64,000 nt of DNA from positions 13,802-77,801 of the forward strand of contig JACAFT010000002.1 of the NCBI GenBank assembly GCA_013378375.1, read 5' to 3'. This DNA comes from Nitrososphaerota archaeon (GTDB lineage Archaea; Thermoproteota; Nitrososphaeria; Nitrososphaerales; UBA57). Shown here one piece after another: positions 26,833 through 37,377 of the stretch. The position numbers were made by a program, and so were the translations under genes. Below the pieces are notes generated by a model, which was given only the letters and a program-made list of their open reading frames with translations, was not told the origin of the DNA and searched no databases. Position 1 is the first letter of the stretch. Each line of letters starts with the position of its first letter.

Positions 26833-28074
26833 TTATATAACATATGATTCGCCATAGTCTTTTTGTTCTTGTGTTTGTGTATCTATATTTATTTTCATTC
26901 CATCTAATGCATATTTTGCTACTTTATTATCAATTTCTTTTGGCATATTGATTAATCCTTTTAGTTTATTGTGGTCTTGTTTAATTTTTACTGCTCCTAA
27001 AAGTTGATTTGAGAATGACATTGACATTACTTCAGGTGGATGTCCTTCTGCAGCAACTAAATTAGCTATTCTTCCTTTTGCTATTAGTACTAATTTATTA
27101 CCATTTTCTAATTCATATTCTTCTAAATTCTCTCTAATTACTCGAACATTTTTTGTTATATCTTGTAAAAATGCTACATCTATTTCTAAATCAAAATGTC
27201 CTGCATTAGCTAATATTGCCCCATCTTTCATATTTTTTAGACTATTTTTGTCTATTACATGCTTCTGCCCTGTAGCAGTAATAAAAATATCAGATTCTTT
27301 CGCTAATTCGATAATTGGTTTTACATCAAATCCATCCATAACTGCTTCTATTGCTCTAATTGGATTAATTTCTGATACTGAAACTATTCCACCTAATCCT
27401 TTTGCTCGAGCTGCTATTCCTCTTCCTACCCAACCATAGCCACAAACTGTTATTTTTTTACCTGCTATTAGTAATGCTGTTGATCTCAATATCCCATCAA
27501 ATGTACTTTGACCTGTTCCATACCTATTATCAAATAGATGTTTTGTGTATGCATTATTTACTGCAATGATTGGATATTTTAATTTCCCACTCTTTTCTAG
27601 AGCTTCTAATCTCACGACTCCTGTTGTTGTTTCTTCTGTTCCTCCAATAATTTTTAATTCATTAAATTCATTTTTCTCATGACATGTAATATGTGCGTCC
27701 GAACCATCATCCATAATAATTTCTGGTTGGGCCTTTAATATATCATCTATACACTCTTGATATTCTTTATCATTTTGACCTCTCCAAGCAAAAACATTTA
27801 TGCCTTCTGAATCTAAGTATGCTGCTATATCGTCTTGTGTTGATAATGGATTCGCTCCTGCTAGATAAACATCTGCTCCTAGTTCCTTTAGCCCCATTGC
27901 TAATACTGAAGTTTCTTTTGTTACATGTAGACACACAGCAATTTTGGTCCCATTAAAAGAAAAATTTTTTGCAGTATTGTTTATTGTTGTTACTAATGCT
28001 GGCATATTATTACGTGCCCATTCGTACGATTTTTTACCTTGTTCCGCTAATTCTTTGTGTGTAATTTTGCTCAT
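26833..28074 (-). CDS. ahcY: S-adenosyl-L-homocysteine hydrolase
   Basis: 413 aa. GYGWVGRG NAD motif and other conserved blocks (DDGSD, ETTTGV). Confidence 0.95.
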   Translation of the reverse strand: MSKITHKELAEQGKKSYEWARNNMPALVTTINNTAKNFSFNGTKIAVCLHVTKETSVLAMGLKELGADVYLAGANPLSTQDDIAAYLDSEGINVFAWRGQNDKEYQECIDDILKAQPEIIMDDGSDAHITCHEKNEFNELKIIGGTEETTTGVVRLEALEKSGKLKYPIIAVNNAYTKHLFDNRYGTGQSTFDGILRSTALLIAGKKITVCGYGWVGRGIAARAKGLGGIVSVSEINPIRAIEAVMDGFDVKPIIELAKESDIFITATGQKHVIDKNSLKNMKDGAILANAGHFDLEIDVAFLQDITKNVRVIRENLEEYELENGNKLVLIAKGRIANLVAAEGHPPEVMSMSFSNQLLGAVKIKQDHNKLKGLINMPKEIDNKVAKYALDGMKINIDTQTQEQKDYGESYVI

Positions 28075-28119
28075 GATTATATTCAGTTTAGTCGATATTA
28101 AAAAATATTTTCTATTTAA

Positions 28120-28902
28120 TTAAATTGCCTCATCTAAAGCATGAGCGCATAGACAATCTCTTTCTGACTTAATATTGGGTATTATATTCTTGATTATGTT
28201 GCTTGTTTTTTCAACATTTTTCTCTAGTGTTTTTAACACTTCGTGATGTGAGACTGCCGTTCCACCCAAATTATCGTAATCTGTTATTGTTGCGATTGCT
28301 ACATAACAAATTTGTGACTCTCTTGCCAAAACACATTCTGGAAATAAAGTCATATTTATTGTATCAGCTCCCCAATTTCTAAACATATTAGATTCTGCTC
28401 TCGTTGAAAATCTTGGCCCTTCTATACACACTTGTGTTGCTTTTTCATGTATTTTGTAATTCAAATTATTTCCTTCTGAAATAGCTATGTTTCTAAGTTC
28501 TGGACAAAATGGATCTGCTGTTGAAATATGAGCTACTGTATCTTTCTCATAAAATGTACTTGCCCTGTCTTTTGTTCTATCTATAAATTGATCTGGTATT
28601 GCTATATCGCCTGGTTCCATTTCTTCTCTTAAACTTCCTACTGCACAAGGAGCAATTATTCTAGTAACACCTAGTTCTTTTAATGCCCATATGTTTGCAA
28701 GAAAATTAATTTTATGCGGTGCTACACTGTGTTTTTGCCCATGTCTTGGAAGAAATGCTATTTTTTTATCCATAAAAACACCAGTTGTTATTTGATCTGA
28801 AGTTTCACCATATGGTGTTTGAATATTAATCTTTTCTTCATTGGTTATTATATCTGTATTATAAATTCCTGTTCCTCCAATAATTGCTATTTCTGCATTC
28901 AT
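28120..28902 (-). CDS. mtnP: 5'-methylthioadenosine phosphorylase
   Basis: 260 aa. IAIIGGTG, FLPRHG and NMT motifs typical of MTAP. Confidence 0.9.
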   Translation of the reverse strand: MNAEIAIIGGTGIYNTDIITNEEKINIQTPYGETSDQITTGVFMDKKIAFLPRHGQKHSVAPHKINFLANIWALKELGVTRIIAPCAVGSLREEMEPGDIAIPDQFIDRTKDRASTFYEKDTVAHISTADPFCPELRNIAISEGNNLNYKIHEKATQVCIEGPRFSTRAESNMFRNWGADTINMTLFPECVLARESQICYVAIATITDYDNLGGTAVSHHEVLKTLEKNVEKTSNIIKNIIPNIKSERDCLCAHALDEAI

Positions 28903-28903
28903 C

Positions 28904-29413
28904 TTAATCGTAACTCACTATCGAAAATATGTTATAATTTGTAAGTGTATCTCTAGCTTTAAGAAATTTTAATTCTATTAAGAAACCCAAACTAATAATT
29001 GTTCCATCCAAACTCTCAATTAATTTTATTGCAGCTTCTACCGTTCCACCTGTTGCTAGTAGATCATCTATGATCAGAATTTTCTTATTTTTCAAAGATT
29101 TATTTGTTATTTCTATTTCTGCACTTCCATATTCTAGTTTATAATCTCTTGAAATTGTTTCGCCTGGTAATTTACCTTTTTTTCGTATTGGCATGAAACT
29201 TATTTTCATTTTATTTGCTAATGCTGCACCAAATACAAATCCTCTTGATTCTATTCCTATAATTGTATCTATTTTCTCATTGAATTCTTTTTCAAAAGTT
29301 GTTAAGATAAAATTAAATGCTTCAGGATCTTCTAATACTGGCCACATATCCTTGAATATAATGCCTTTTTTTGGATAATCTGGATAGTCTTTAATTATAT
29401 TTTTTATATCCAT
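28904..29413 (-). CDS. apt: Adenine phosphoribosyltransferase
   Basis: 169 aa. PRPP loop ILIIDDLLATGGT. Confidence 0.9.
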   Translation of the reverse strand: MDIKNIIKDYPDYPKKGIIFKDMWPVLEDPEAFNFILTTFEKEFNEKIDTIIGIESRGFVFGAALANKMKISFMPIRKKGKLPGETISRDYKLEYGSAEIEITNKSLKNKKILIIDDLLATGGTVEAAIKLIESLDGTIISLGFLIELKFLKARDTLTNYNIFSIVSYD

Positions 29414-29500
29414 GTTTCTTATGAAATTTACTTTACATATAATATTTTTCTATTAAATGTGGAAACTATTATATTCTCTAATTCTTATTCTCATTACTTG

Positions 29501-29917
29501 ATGGCTGATAAAACTTATGATGAATTATTAGATCGTATTTCAGATAACTTATCTAAGGTCGAAGTTAAATCAGATGTTAGACTCGAAATTCCTAAAGCAG
29601 AGACTTTTTGGATAGGCCAAAAAACATTCTTTAGAAATTTTAATACATATCCTAAATTATTACGTCGAAACGTCGAACATTTTCTTATGTTTCTTTCAAA
29701 GGAATTTGCAACTTCTGCTTCTGTTGACGGAGATAGAGCTATTTTTATTGGTAGAAAAACCCCTGATTCTTTTGATTTTATAATTAATAGGTATATAAGA
29801 TCGTTTGTATTGTGTTCAGTTTGCGGTAGCTATGATACTACTCTTGACAAGGTAAAACGATTATATTTTGTTATCTGTGAAGCTTGCGGTGCTAAATCAA
29901 CAGCCGGTTCTAGATAA
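29501..29917 (+). CDS. eif2b: Translation initiation factor aIF2 beta subunit
   Basis: The ORF track opens at 29459 (GTG). ATG 29501 (MADKTYDELLDRI) fits the family length. C-terminal Zn ribbon CSVCGS...CEACGA. Confidence 0.85.
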   Translation: MADKTYDELLDRISDNLSKVEVKSDVRLEIPKAETFWIGQKTFFRNFNTYPKLLRRNVEHFLMFLSKEFATSASVDGDRAIFIGRKTPDSFDFIINRYIRSFVLCSVCGSYDTTLDKVKRLYFVICEACGAKSTAGSR

Positions 29918-29918
29918 T

Positions 29919-30230
29919 ATGACAAATAATTTGTTTAACTATAAATCTATTTCTAATAATGAAGTTAAAGTAGTGAATCTTTGTGATTCAGAATGTATTG
30001 GAAAAACTCTTTCTGATGGAACCTTTGAAATTGATATTTCTGATTCTTATTTTGGTGGACAATCTATTGGTAAAACTGAAGCAATTGACTTATTGAATAA
30101 TTCTAATATGTTGAATCTTGTGGGAAATCGGATTGTTAAACTTGCTCTCGAACTTAATCTTGCATCGATTGAATCAGTTAAAGAAATTGACGGTATTTCT
30201 TTTTTATTAATTTATAAATTTACACAATGA
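29919..30230 (+). CDS. Conserved archaeal small protein (DUF424-like) downstream of aIF2 beta
   Basis: The ORF track opens at 29868 inside the previous gene; ATG 29919 follows the aIF2-beta stop. The family call comes from memory of the gene neighbourhood and is tentative. Confidence 0.45.
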   Translation: MTNNLFNYKSISNNEVKVVNLCDSECIGKTLSDGTFEIDISDSYFGGQSIGKTEAIDLLNNSNMLNLVGNRIVKLALELNLASIESVKEIDGISFLLIYKFTQ

Positions 30231-30265
30231 CTTAAGTAATGATTTTTGCAAATATAAGTGATATA

Positions 30266-30577
30266 ATGGGTAAGCGTAAAGTTCTTAATGAAAAGGCATT
30301 AAAAGAAGTTGTTTTACCGCAAGAAGGTGAAATGTTTGGTCGAGTTGTAAAACATCTTGGTAGTGAATTAATACAAATAAAATGCACTGATGGTAAAATT
30401 CGTATTGGTCGTATACGTGGAAAATTAAAACGTCGGGTTTGGATACGTGATAATGACGTGGTCCTTATTGCGCCTTGGGATTTTAAAGCAGATGAAAGAG
30501 GTGATATTCTTTGGCGATATACTATTGGTCAAGTTGAATGGTTACAATCTCAAGGACATCTTCCTAAGGATTTGTAG
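30266..30577 (+). CDS. eif1a: Translation initiation factor aIF1A
   Basis: The likely start is MGKRK at 30266. S1-like core GEMFGRVVKHLGSELIQIKCTDGKIRIGRIRGKLKRRVWIRDNDVVLIAPW. Confidence 0.9.
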   Translation: MGKRKVLNEKALKEVVLPQEGEMFGRVVKHLGSELIQIKCTDGKIRIGRIRGKLKRRVWIRDNDVVLIAPWDFKADERGDILWRYTIGQVEWLQSQGHLPKDL

Positions 30578-30579
30578 TT

Positions 30580-31380
30580 ATGAATTCAACAGATTATCTT
30601 GATAATCGTGCAATTAAAAAAGCATTAAATAAAGTTGAGAAATCTGAAAAAGCAACAAGATTTCTAAATAAACGTTCAGAGGATTTTCAGGTGTTTCAAG
30701 ATGTTTTTAACAAACCTACACTTATCACTTTATATAATTTATTTAACGATGGTACATTGTCTTATCTGAATGGTATTGTGAATTCTGGAAAAGAATCAAA
30801 TATTTTTTGGGGTGTTACTCCTGATGGTAATGACGTTGCCGTCAAAATATATATGACTGTTGCTTCAGAGTTTAGAAAAAGACTTCAGTATGTTGAAGGA
30901 GATAATAGGTTTAGGAATATTAATCGTAATGGCCACAAGTTAATTGAACTATGGGCTCGAAAAGAATATAAAAACCTATTAAAGGCTTATTCCCTAAAAA
31001 TCCCTGTTCCAAAACCTGTTACAGTAAAGCGAAATGTTTTGGTAATAGAATTTAAAGGAATAAAAGGCAAATCATTTCCAACATTTGCTGAAACAGAAGT
31101 TACTGAACTCGATCTAGAAAAAACTCTATCTATTGTAGATCGTTTATATAATGAATCAAAACTTGTTCATTCTGATCTTTCTGAATTCAATATTTTTAAA
31201 AATTCAACTGAAGTGATATTTTTTGATTTTGGTTCTGCCATAGATATATCTCATCCTATGTCAAAAGATTTCTTATTGAGAGATCTGAATAATATTAATA
31301 GATTCTTTTCAAAACGTGGTATAAATGGATTTGATCCCAATAAAAAATTTGGAGAAATAGTTCGAAATGATGTTTCGTAA
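30580..31380 (+). CDS. rio1: RIO-type serine protein kinase (Rio1)
   Basis: 266 aa. SGKESNIF nucleotide loop, VAVKIY, HSDLSEFNI catalytic loop, FDFGSA. Confidence 0.85.
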   Translation: MNSTDYLDNRAIKKALNKVEKSEKATRFLNKRSEDFQVFQDVFNKPTLITLYNLFNDGTLSYLNGIVNSGKESNIFWGVTPDGNDVAVKIYMTVASEFRKRLQYVEGDNRFRNINRNGHKLIELWARKEYKNLLKAYSLKIPVPKPVTVKRNVLVIEFKGIKGKSFPTFAETEVTELDLEKTLSIVDRLYNESKLVHSDLSEFNIFKNSTEVIFFDFGSAIDISHPMSKDFLLRDLNNINRFFSKRGINGFDPNKKFGEIVRNDVS

Positions 31381-31936
31381 AACCCTTAGAATTTCTGTTG
31401 ATCGTGTCGGTGCATTAATTGGTCAATCTGGAAAAACAAAAACCTGGATTGAGCAAAAATGCCGAGTTAATCTTGTGATTGATAGTAATACTGGTGAAGT
31501 AATTGTATCTAGTGACAATTTACATTCTAATTCTTTATGTGCTCTTGACATAGTTCAAGCAATTGCACACGGATTTTCACATGTTCGAGCTTCTAGTTTA
31601 TTAGACGAAAATAAATATCTTGATACCATTGATCTTAAACAATATTGTGGAAAATCATCTAATTCATTGTCAAGAATTAAGTCTCGTCTTATTGGTGAAA
31701 AAGGTAAAGCTCGAAGAGTTATGGAAGAAACTACTAATACATATATTTCTATTTATGGACATTTTATCTCTGTGATTGGTACGCCTGAAAAAATTAAATT
31801 AGTTGAAGATGCAGTTGGTATTCTTGCATCTGGCGGTCAACATAAAACAGCTTATGATTTGTTACAACGTAGTCGGACTCGAGCTAAATTAGATCGTTTA
31901 CAGTTGTGGGAGGATTCGCCAGTTGTCGAAAACTAA
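31367..31936 (+). CDS. Double-KH-domain RNA-binding protein (Dim2/Pno1-like)
   Basis: 189 aa. GxxG loops GQSGKTK and GEKGKAR. The conserved archaeal aIF1A-Rio1-KH neighbourhood is present. Confidence 0.7.
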   Translation: MMFRKTLRISVDRVGALIGQSGKTKTWIEQKCRVNLVIDSNTGEVIVSSDNLHSNSLCALDIVQAIAHGFSHVRASSLLDENKYLDTIDLKQYCGKSSNSLSRIKSRLIGEKGKARRVMEETTNTYISIYGHFISVIGTPEKIKLVEDAVGILASGGQHKTAYDLLQRSRTRAKLDRLQLWEDSPVVEN

Positions 31937-33464
31937 AACAACCTTTTCTGGTATTTCACCTAGTGAATTCTTTTATAGAAATAGAGATCTTGCTGGTTTT
32001 AGTAATCCTGCCAAGGCTTTGTATACTGCCACACGAGAATTAGTAGAAAATTCTCTTGACGCCTGTGAATCGTCACAAATTTTACCTAATATTTATGTTA
32101 GAATGACTCCAATTGTAGAACATCTTCATGAATCTGAACCTAGAACTTATTTGCTGAAAGTCAGTGATAATGGCCCTGGAATAGATCCTAGTCAAACTCC
32201 TAATGCTTTTGGACGTGTATTTTATGGAAGTAAATACAAATTACGACAAGCACGAGGGATGTTTGGAATGGGAGGGACTATGGCTGTTTTGTACGGACAG
32301 ATCACGACAAGTAAACCTGTTATAATACATACCTCTATTGATGGAAAGAAATTCTATAAATTTACCTTAAGGATAGATATTCAAAAAAATGAACCAGTTG
32401 TTATAAACAAAGAGATAATTGACGGAAACGGTTCTACTGGTACGACTGTTGAATTACTATTAACTGGTGATTCATTCCGCGCATCCGCAAAAGTACATGA
32501 CTATTTCTTGGAATCTGCATTAGTTACCCCTTATGCAGATATTACTTTTCTTGATGCTCAAGGAAAAATATTTTATTATCCTCGTAGCACAAACACTTTA
32601 CCAAAACGTCCTGAAGAAACTCAACCTCATCCCCATGGTTTTGATTTTGAAGGAATGAGAAGATTAATTCATGAAACTGACGATAAAACTTTGCGTAAAT
32701 TACTTGTTAATAATTTTCATCGTGTTGGCCCAACAACCGCTGTTAATTTTTTTAAATTTGCCAATCTTGACTATAATAACAATCCTTCTGATTTATCCTA
32801 TGAAAATATTGTTACTATGGTTGACGCAATGCACAAATATGATTCCTTTCTTCCTCCAGATTCTCATTGTTTATCACCTCTTGGCAGAGAAATATTAAAT
32901 GCCGGGATAATGAATGAATTATCTCCTGAATTTTCTACAATAGCTATACGTCCTCCTTCTGCATATTCTGGATTCCCATTTATTGTCGAAGTTGGATTAG
33001 CTTATGGAGGCAAAGTCGCTCATGGCGGAGTTAAATTATATAGGTATGCAAACCGTATTCCTTTACTTTATGATGAAGGAAGTGATATCGCTTGGCAAGT
33101 TGTAAAAGATCTTGTCATTGATAAGAAAAAGGCTTATAAAATTCCAGATAATGCGCCATTAGCACTCATTACCCATGTTTGCTCTACTAAAATTCCTTTT
33201 AAAACTGCTGGTAAAGAATTTCTTGCTGACCGACCAGAAATCGAACGAGAATTAAAAAATGCAGTCCGAGAAGCTCTTCGAAAGCTTCGTTTACACTTGT
33301 CTCGTAAATCTTCACAGGAAGCTGTTAAAAGAAGACGTGATATATATTCAAAATATCTTCCATTGATTGCCGAATTTTCTAAAGACTTGTCAGGAAAAAA
33401 AACTTTACCAAATTTTCAACCAATGTTAAAAACACATCTTGAGGAATTAGAGCGTGATAATTAA
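31923..33464 (+). CDS. top6B: DNA topoisomerase VI subunit B
   Basis: 513 aa, TTG start. Bergerat fold motifs ELVENSLDA and DNGPGI; GMFGMGG. Confidence 0.9.
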   Translation: MSKTKTTFSGISPSEFFYRNRDLAGFSNPAKALYTATRELVENSLDACESSQILPNIYVRMTPIVEHLHESEPRTYLLKVSDNGPGIDPSQTPNAFGRVFYGSKYKLRQARGMFGMGGTMAVLYGQITTSKPVIIHTSIDGKKFYKFTLRIDIQKNEPVVINKEIIDGNGSTGTTVELLLTGDSFRASAKVHDYFLESALVTPYADITFLDAQGKIFYYPRSTNTLPKRPEETQPHPHGFDFEGMRRLIHETDDKTLRKLLVNNFHRVGPTTAVNFFKFANLDYNNNPSDLSYENIVTMVDAMHKYDSFLPPDSHCLSPLGREILNAGIMNELSPEFSTIAIRPPSAYSGFPFIVEVGLAYGGKVAHGGVKLYRYANRIPLLYDEGSDIAWQVVKDLVIDKKKAYKIPDNAPLALITHVCSTKIPFKTAGKEFLADRPEIERELKNAVREALRKLRLHLSRKSSQEAVKRRRDIYSKYLPLIAEFSKDLSGKKTLPNFQPMLKTHLEELERDN

Positions 33465-34582
33465 TGCCAAAATCAAAAAAACAAATAAAATCTAACCAAC
33501 ATAAGAATAATCTACAAGAAAATAAAATTCAAATTAAATCGCAATTAAAAAAACTTGGCGAAAAAATCTATTCTGATTTAAATTCGCAAAAATTTCCTAC
33601 AATTCATTTTCCTAGTCGATCTGTAAGAAATATTGTTTATGATAAACAAACTAAACAATATATTCTTGGTTCTAATACAGTATCAAGAACTGCATCGAAT
33701 ATTAAACACATTCGACCATTTACTCAATTAACTTGGCTTGCATTTTTTGCTAATGAATTAATGTCTAATAAAAAGTCATCTACTCTTCGAGATGTTTATT
33801 ATTCGTCTCAAGCTTATGCTGTTGATTATGACGATCAATCTGAATCTGACTCCATAATTACTGATCTTGAATCTGTTATATCTACTGCCAGAGAACGTTT
33901 GAATATCTATCCAGAGGAACGTTCAGCTATATTCGGAGATCTTGATATTGAATACACCGTTCCTGGTTATGAAGGCAATAGATTAAATCTTTCTTCACAT
34001 CCTGATGGATATCTTATTGGACCTAGTCTTAGTACTGCCGATTTTGTAGATACTTCTGCAGAAATGATTATTGCTATAGAAAAAGGCGGACTGTTTAATC
34101 GATTTGTCGAAGAAAAAGTTCATTCAAAATATAAAGCTATAATTATTGATACTGCAGGACAGGCACCTCGAGCTACTCGATATATGCTAAAACGTCTTAG
34201 CAAAGAACTTAATCTTCCAGTTTATATTATGACTGATGGGGATGTCTATGGAGAACATATTGCTATGGTGATTGTTTCTGGTTCTGCTGGAGCTGCACAC
34301 CTACGTGATTTGACCGTACCTTCTGCAAAATGGTTGGGTATTTGGGCCTCTGATATTGCAAAATATAAACTTCCCACTATTCCTATGACTGAAATGGACT
34401 TAAAAAGAGTCTCAGAATTAAAACGAGATCCAAGATATCAAAAAGGAGTTTGGAATAAAGAACTTGACGTATTTATGAAAATAAAAGCAAAGTGTGAATT
34501 AGAAGCTTTTAGTAAATATGGATTAACAACTATTGTAGATAAATATCTGCCTGAAAAATTAGAGCAAGCAAAAAGTATGTAA
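33464..34582 (+). CDS. top6A: DNA topoisomerase VI subunit A (Spo11 family)
   Basis: 372 aa, TAATG overlap with top6B. Catalytic Tyr context LRDVYYSS and Toprim MTDGDVYGEHI. Confidence 0.9.
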   Translation: MPKSKKQIKSNQHKNNLQENKIQIKSQLKKLGEKIYSDLNSQKFPTIHFPSRSVRNIVYDKQTKQYILGSNTVSRTASNIKHIRPFTQLTWLAFFANELMSNKKSSTLRDVYYSSQAYAVDYDDQSESDSIITDLESVISTARERLNIYPEERSAIFGDLDIEYTVPGYEGNRLNLSSHPDGYLIGPSLSTADFVDTSAEMIIAIEKGGLFNRFVEEKVHSKYKAIIIDTAGQAPRATRYMLKRLSKELNLPVYIMTDGDVYGEHIAMVIVSGSAGAAHLRDLTVPSAKWLGIWASDIAKYKLPTIPMTEMDLKRVSELKRDPRYQKGVWNKELDVFMKIKAKCELEAFSKYGLTTIVDKYLPEKLEQAKSM

Positions 34583-34592
34583 TATTTTTTAC

Positions 34593-34862
34593 TTATATTC
34601 GTAATTCTGTAGATCCACCTGCGCAATCTACTTCTCCCATGACTCTTCTTATGAATGATTTACAGGCAAAACATTCTACAAAATTTCTTTCTTCGTTTAA
34701 AACTGGACAATGTATTGCTTGTTTTTTTAATTTACCAATCTTTTTTGTACTGACTACTCCTTTTAATGATTCTGTAATTTCTTTTGAAACTCTCTTTGGT
34801 TTTTCTCCCTCTGGGTAATCATACACTTTTACTTTGAATTTTGTTTCTGGCGCATCGCTCAT
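34593..34862 (-). CDS. Hypothetical small Cys4 protein
   Basis: 89 aa. Lys-rich N-terminal half; four Cys at residues 52, 64, 67 and 80 (HCPV...CFAC...CAGG). Confidence 0.45.
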   Translation of the reverse strand: MSDAPETKFKVKVYDYPEGEKPKRVSKEITESLKGVVSTKKIGKLKKQAIHCPVLNEERNFVECFACKSFIRRVMGEVDCAGGSTELRI

Positions 34863-34905
34863 ATTATTTACTTAAAAAATTACTTTATAATATTATGTTT
34901 TATTT

Positions 34906-35718
34906 TTAAATTATATTCTGACTGATTATTTCAAATAAATATGGTATTAGTATTAATGTACCAATAATTATTGAAAATATCCAAAATTTAATTTTTTGTG
35001 CAATTTTTATGAAACTACTTATTGAAATTAATCCTGATATGCATGAAAACATTATTGCAATAATTAATTCTATATACTGTAAATCCTGAATGCCTTCAAA
35101 TAATAATACATATAAATTTGCTAAGAGTACTGCAGGAATACTCATAATAAAAGACAGTCTTAAAGCAGTACTTGGGTTAAACTTTCGAACAAGTAAATAT
35201 GAAGTTGTTATTCCTGATCTTGAAATTCCTGGTATTACTGCAAATCCTTGTAGAATTCCAGTTATTATGGATATGTCGTGACTTAGATTCTTTGTATTTC
35301 TTAAATCGGATTTGATTGTTTTCTGTAATATTCCTGTTATAATTAATCCTGCACCTATGATTGCAGTAAAAAATACATTTTCTGCTATTTCTAGAAGACT
35401 GGAGAATAAAATCAATCCTATTATGCTTGATGATATGGTTGATAAAATAACAAATGTCGTTAAAGAATTAATTTCATTATTATATCCAATTTTATAATTC
35501 TTCAAATTTGTTGTTATTTGAATTATTTCTTTTCTAAAATATATACTGGCTGACATTACAGTTCCTAGATGTAAAATTATTGATAGTTTTAATGCGTTTT
35601 CTATATTATAATCGAATACTTCTGACATTAAAATTATAATATTTCCTTGACTTGAAATTGGTAGCCATTCAATCATTCCTTGTATTATGCTAATAATTAT
35701 TGTTTGCAACAAATCCAT
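34906..35718 (-). CDS. uppP: Undecaprenyl-diphosphatase (BacA/UppP family)
   Basis: 270 aa polytopic protein. N-terminal EWLPISSQGN and PGISRSG motifs. Confidence 0.85.
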   Translation of the reverse strand: MDLLQTIIISIIQGMIEWLPISSQGNIIILMSEVFDYNIENALKLSIILHLGTVMSASIYFRKEIIQITTNLKNYKIGYNNEINSLTTFVILSTISSSIIGLILFSSLLEIAENVFFTAIIGAGLIITGILQKTIKSDLRNTKNLSHDISIITGILQGFAVIPGISRSGITTSYLLVRKFNPSTALRLSFIMSIPAVLLANLYVLLFEGIQDLQYIELIIAIMFSCISGLISISSFIKIAQKIKFWIFSIIIGTLILIPYLFEIISQNII

Positions 35719-35756
35719 TATGTTGTTTACACGTTATACAAGAATAAATAATTAAT

Positions 35757-37196
35757 CTAATATGATTTTGCAAAATAAACTGCGTTTGTTGCATTTTTTC
35801 TACAAACAATACACGCCGAATCTATTATTTCGTCTTCAATTAGTCTTATATCTGCTCCTGTTTTATCTTTTATTTTATCTTCACACTCTCTATTTCCACA
35901 CCAGACTGATTTGACAAATCCTCCTTCACTATTTAATTTACTGCATAATTCATTATAGTCCTCGATTCTGTGTATCATCTCATTATGTTTCTTTTTTGCA
36001 CTTTCAAATAATTCATCCTGAATAGTATTCAATTCTTTCAGTATATGGTCTGATAAATTATCATTTATAGTAATATTTTTCTTGTCTCGTGAGGTTCTTT
36101 TTACTACAACTAATGAATTATTTTCTAAATCTTTTGGTCCTATTTCTATTCTTATAGGGACTCCTTTCATCTCCCATTGATTGAATTTCCATCCTGGTGT
36201 GTGATTTTCACTAGAGTCTGCATAACTTCTTATTCCTTTTCCATCTAATTGTTTTGTAATGTCTTCAATTACGCTCAAAATCTCCTTTTTCTTTACTTCA
36301 TCATAGTAAATTGGAATAATAACAACTTGTATTGGAGCAATTTTTGGTGGTAAAATTAGACCCTTGTCGTCACCATGTATCATTATCAAAGCTCCTATTA
36401 ATCTCCAAGATACTCCCCAAGATGTTTGCCATGTGAAGTGCTGTTTTTCATCTTTTCCTAAGAAATTTATATCAAAGGGTTTTGAGAAATTTTGTCCTAG
36501 ATGATGTGATGTTCCCATTTGTAATGCTTTTCCGTCTGGCATAATTCCTTCTAATGTCAATGTATAATCCGCTCCTACGAATTTTTCTTTGTCACTTTTT
36601 CTTCCAGTTAATATTGGCAGAGCTAAATATTCATTTACAAAATTTTTATATAATTTTAACATAAAGTCAACTTGTTTCGTTGCATCTTCTTTAGTTTCAT
36701 GTACTGTATGTCCTTCTTGCCATAAGAATTCTGAAGTTCTAATGAATGGTTTTGTATCTTTTATTTCTGCTCTTAGTACTGAGTTCCAAAAATTTAATTT
36801 TAATGGTAGATCTCTCCAACTCTTTATCCACTTTGAATATGATTCATAAGCTATTGTTTCTGACGTTGGTCTTATTGCTAATTTATTTTCTATATCATTG
36901 TCTCCAGTTCTTGTTACCCAAAATACTTCTGGAGTAAAACCTTTGAAATGATCTGATTCTCTATTTAATAATGATTCAGGAATTAATAATGGGAAATATG
37001 CATTCTTTGTATTATCTTTTTTAAATTCCTTATCTAGAATTGATTGTATGTTCTCCCATATTGAAAAACCATATTCTCTTAAAATAATGAATCCTTTTAC
37101 TGAAGAATAGTCAACTAATTCTGCTCTTGTTACAACTTGTGTATACCATTCTGAGAAGTTATCATTTTTCTTTTCTGTTATTCCAATTTTTGTCAA
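35757..37196 (-). CDS. proS: Prolyl-tRNA synthetase, archaeal/eukaryal type
   Basis: 479 aa. Class II motifs, C-terminal Zn-binding domain (CGNRECE...CIVC) and terminal Tyr. Confidence 0.95.
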   Translation of the reverse strand: MTKIGITEKKNDNFSEWYTQVVTRAELVDYSSVKGFIILREYGFSIWENIQSILDKEFKKDNTKNAYFPLLIPESLLNRESDHFKGFTPEVFWVTRTGDNDIENKLAIRPTSETIAYESYSKWIKSWRDLPLKLNFWNSVLRAEIKDTKPFIRTSEFLWQEGHTVHETKEDATKQVDFMLKLYKNFVNEYLALPILTGRKSDKEKFVGADYTLTLEGIMPDGKALQMGTSHHLGQNFSKPFDINFLGKDEKQHFTWQTSWGVSWRLIGALIMIHGDDKGLILPPKIAPIQVVIIPIYYDEVKKKEILSVIEDITKQLDGKGIRSYADSSENHTPGWKFNQWEMKGVPIRIEIGPKDLENNSLVVVKRTSRDKKNITINDNLSDHILKELNTIQDELFESAKKKHNEMIHRIEDYNELCSKLNSEGGFVKSVWCGNRECEDKIKDKTGADIRLIEDEIIDSACIVCRKNATNAVYFAKSY

Positions 37197-37377
37197 TTTA
37201 ATTTTAACCTATTTTTCTGCGTAACATTAGATTTTCTTATTATTAATAATTTTATTACTTGATCTTAATTACCATTATATAAAAATATCACAAAATTTAT
37301 ATATAACATCTACACAACAACCGGAATATCAAGTATAAGAATACTTAAATATGAATATAAAATTGGTTGATGTTTAA

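Noticed and set aside
37351-37377. 8-codon uORF (MNIKLVDV) ending exactly at the TFB TTG start.
   Set aside because: Too short and compositionally unremarkable, with no supporting structure. It may be coincidental or may indicate a different TFB start. It cannot be evaluated without TSS data.
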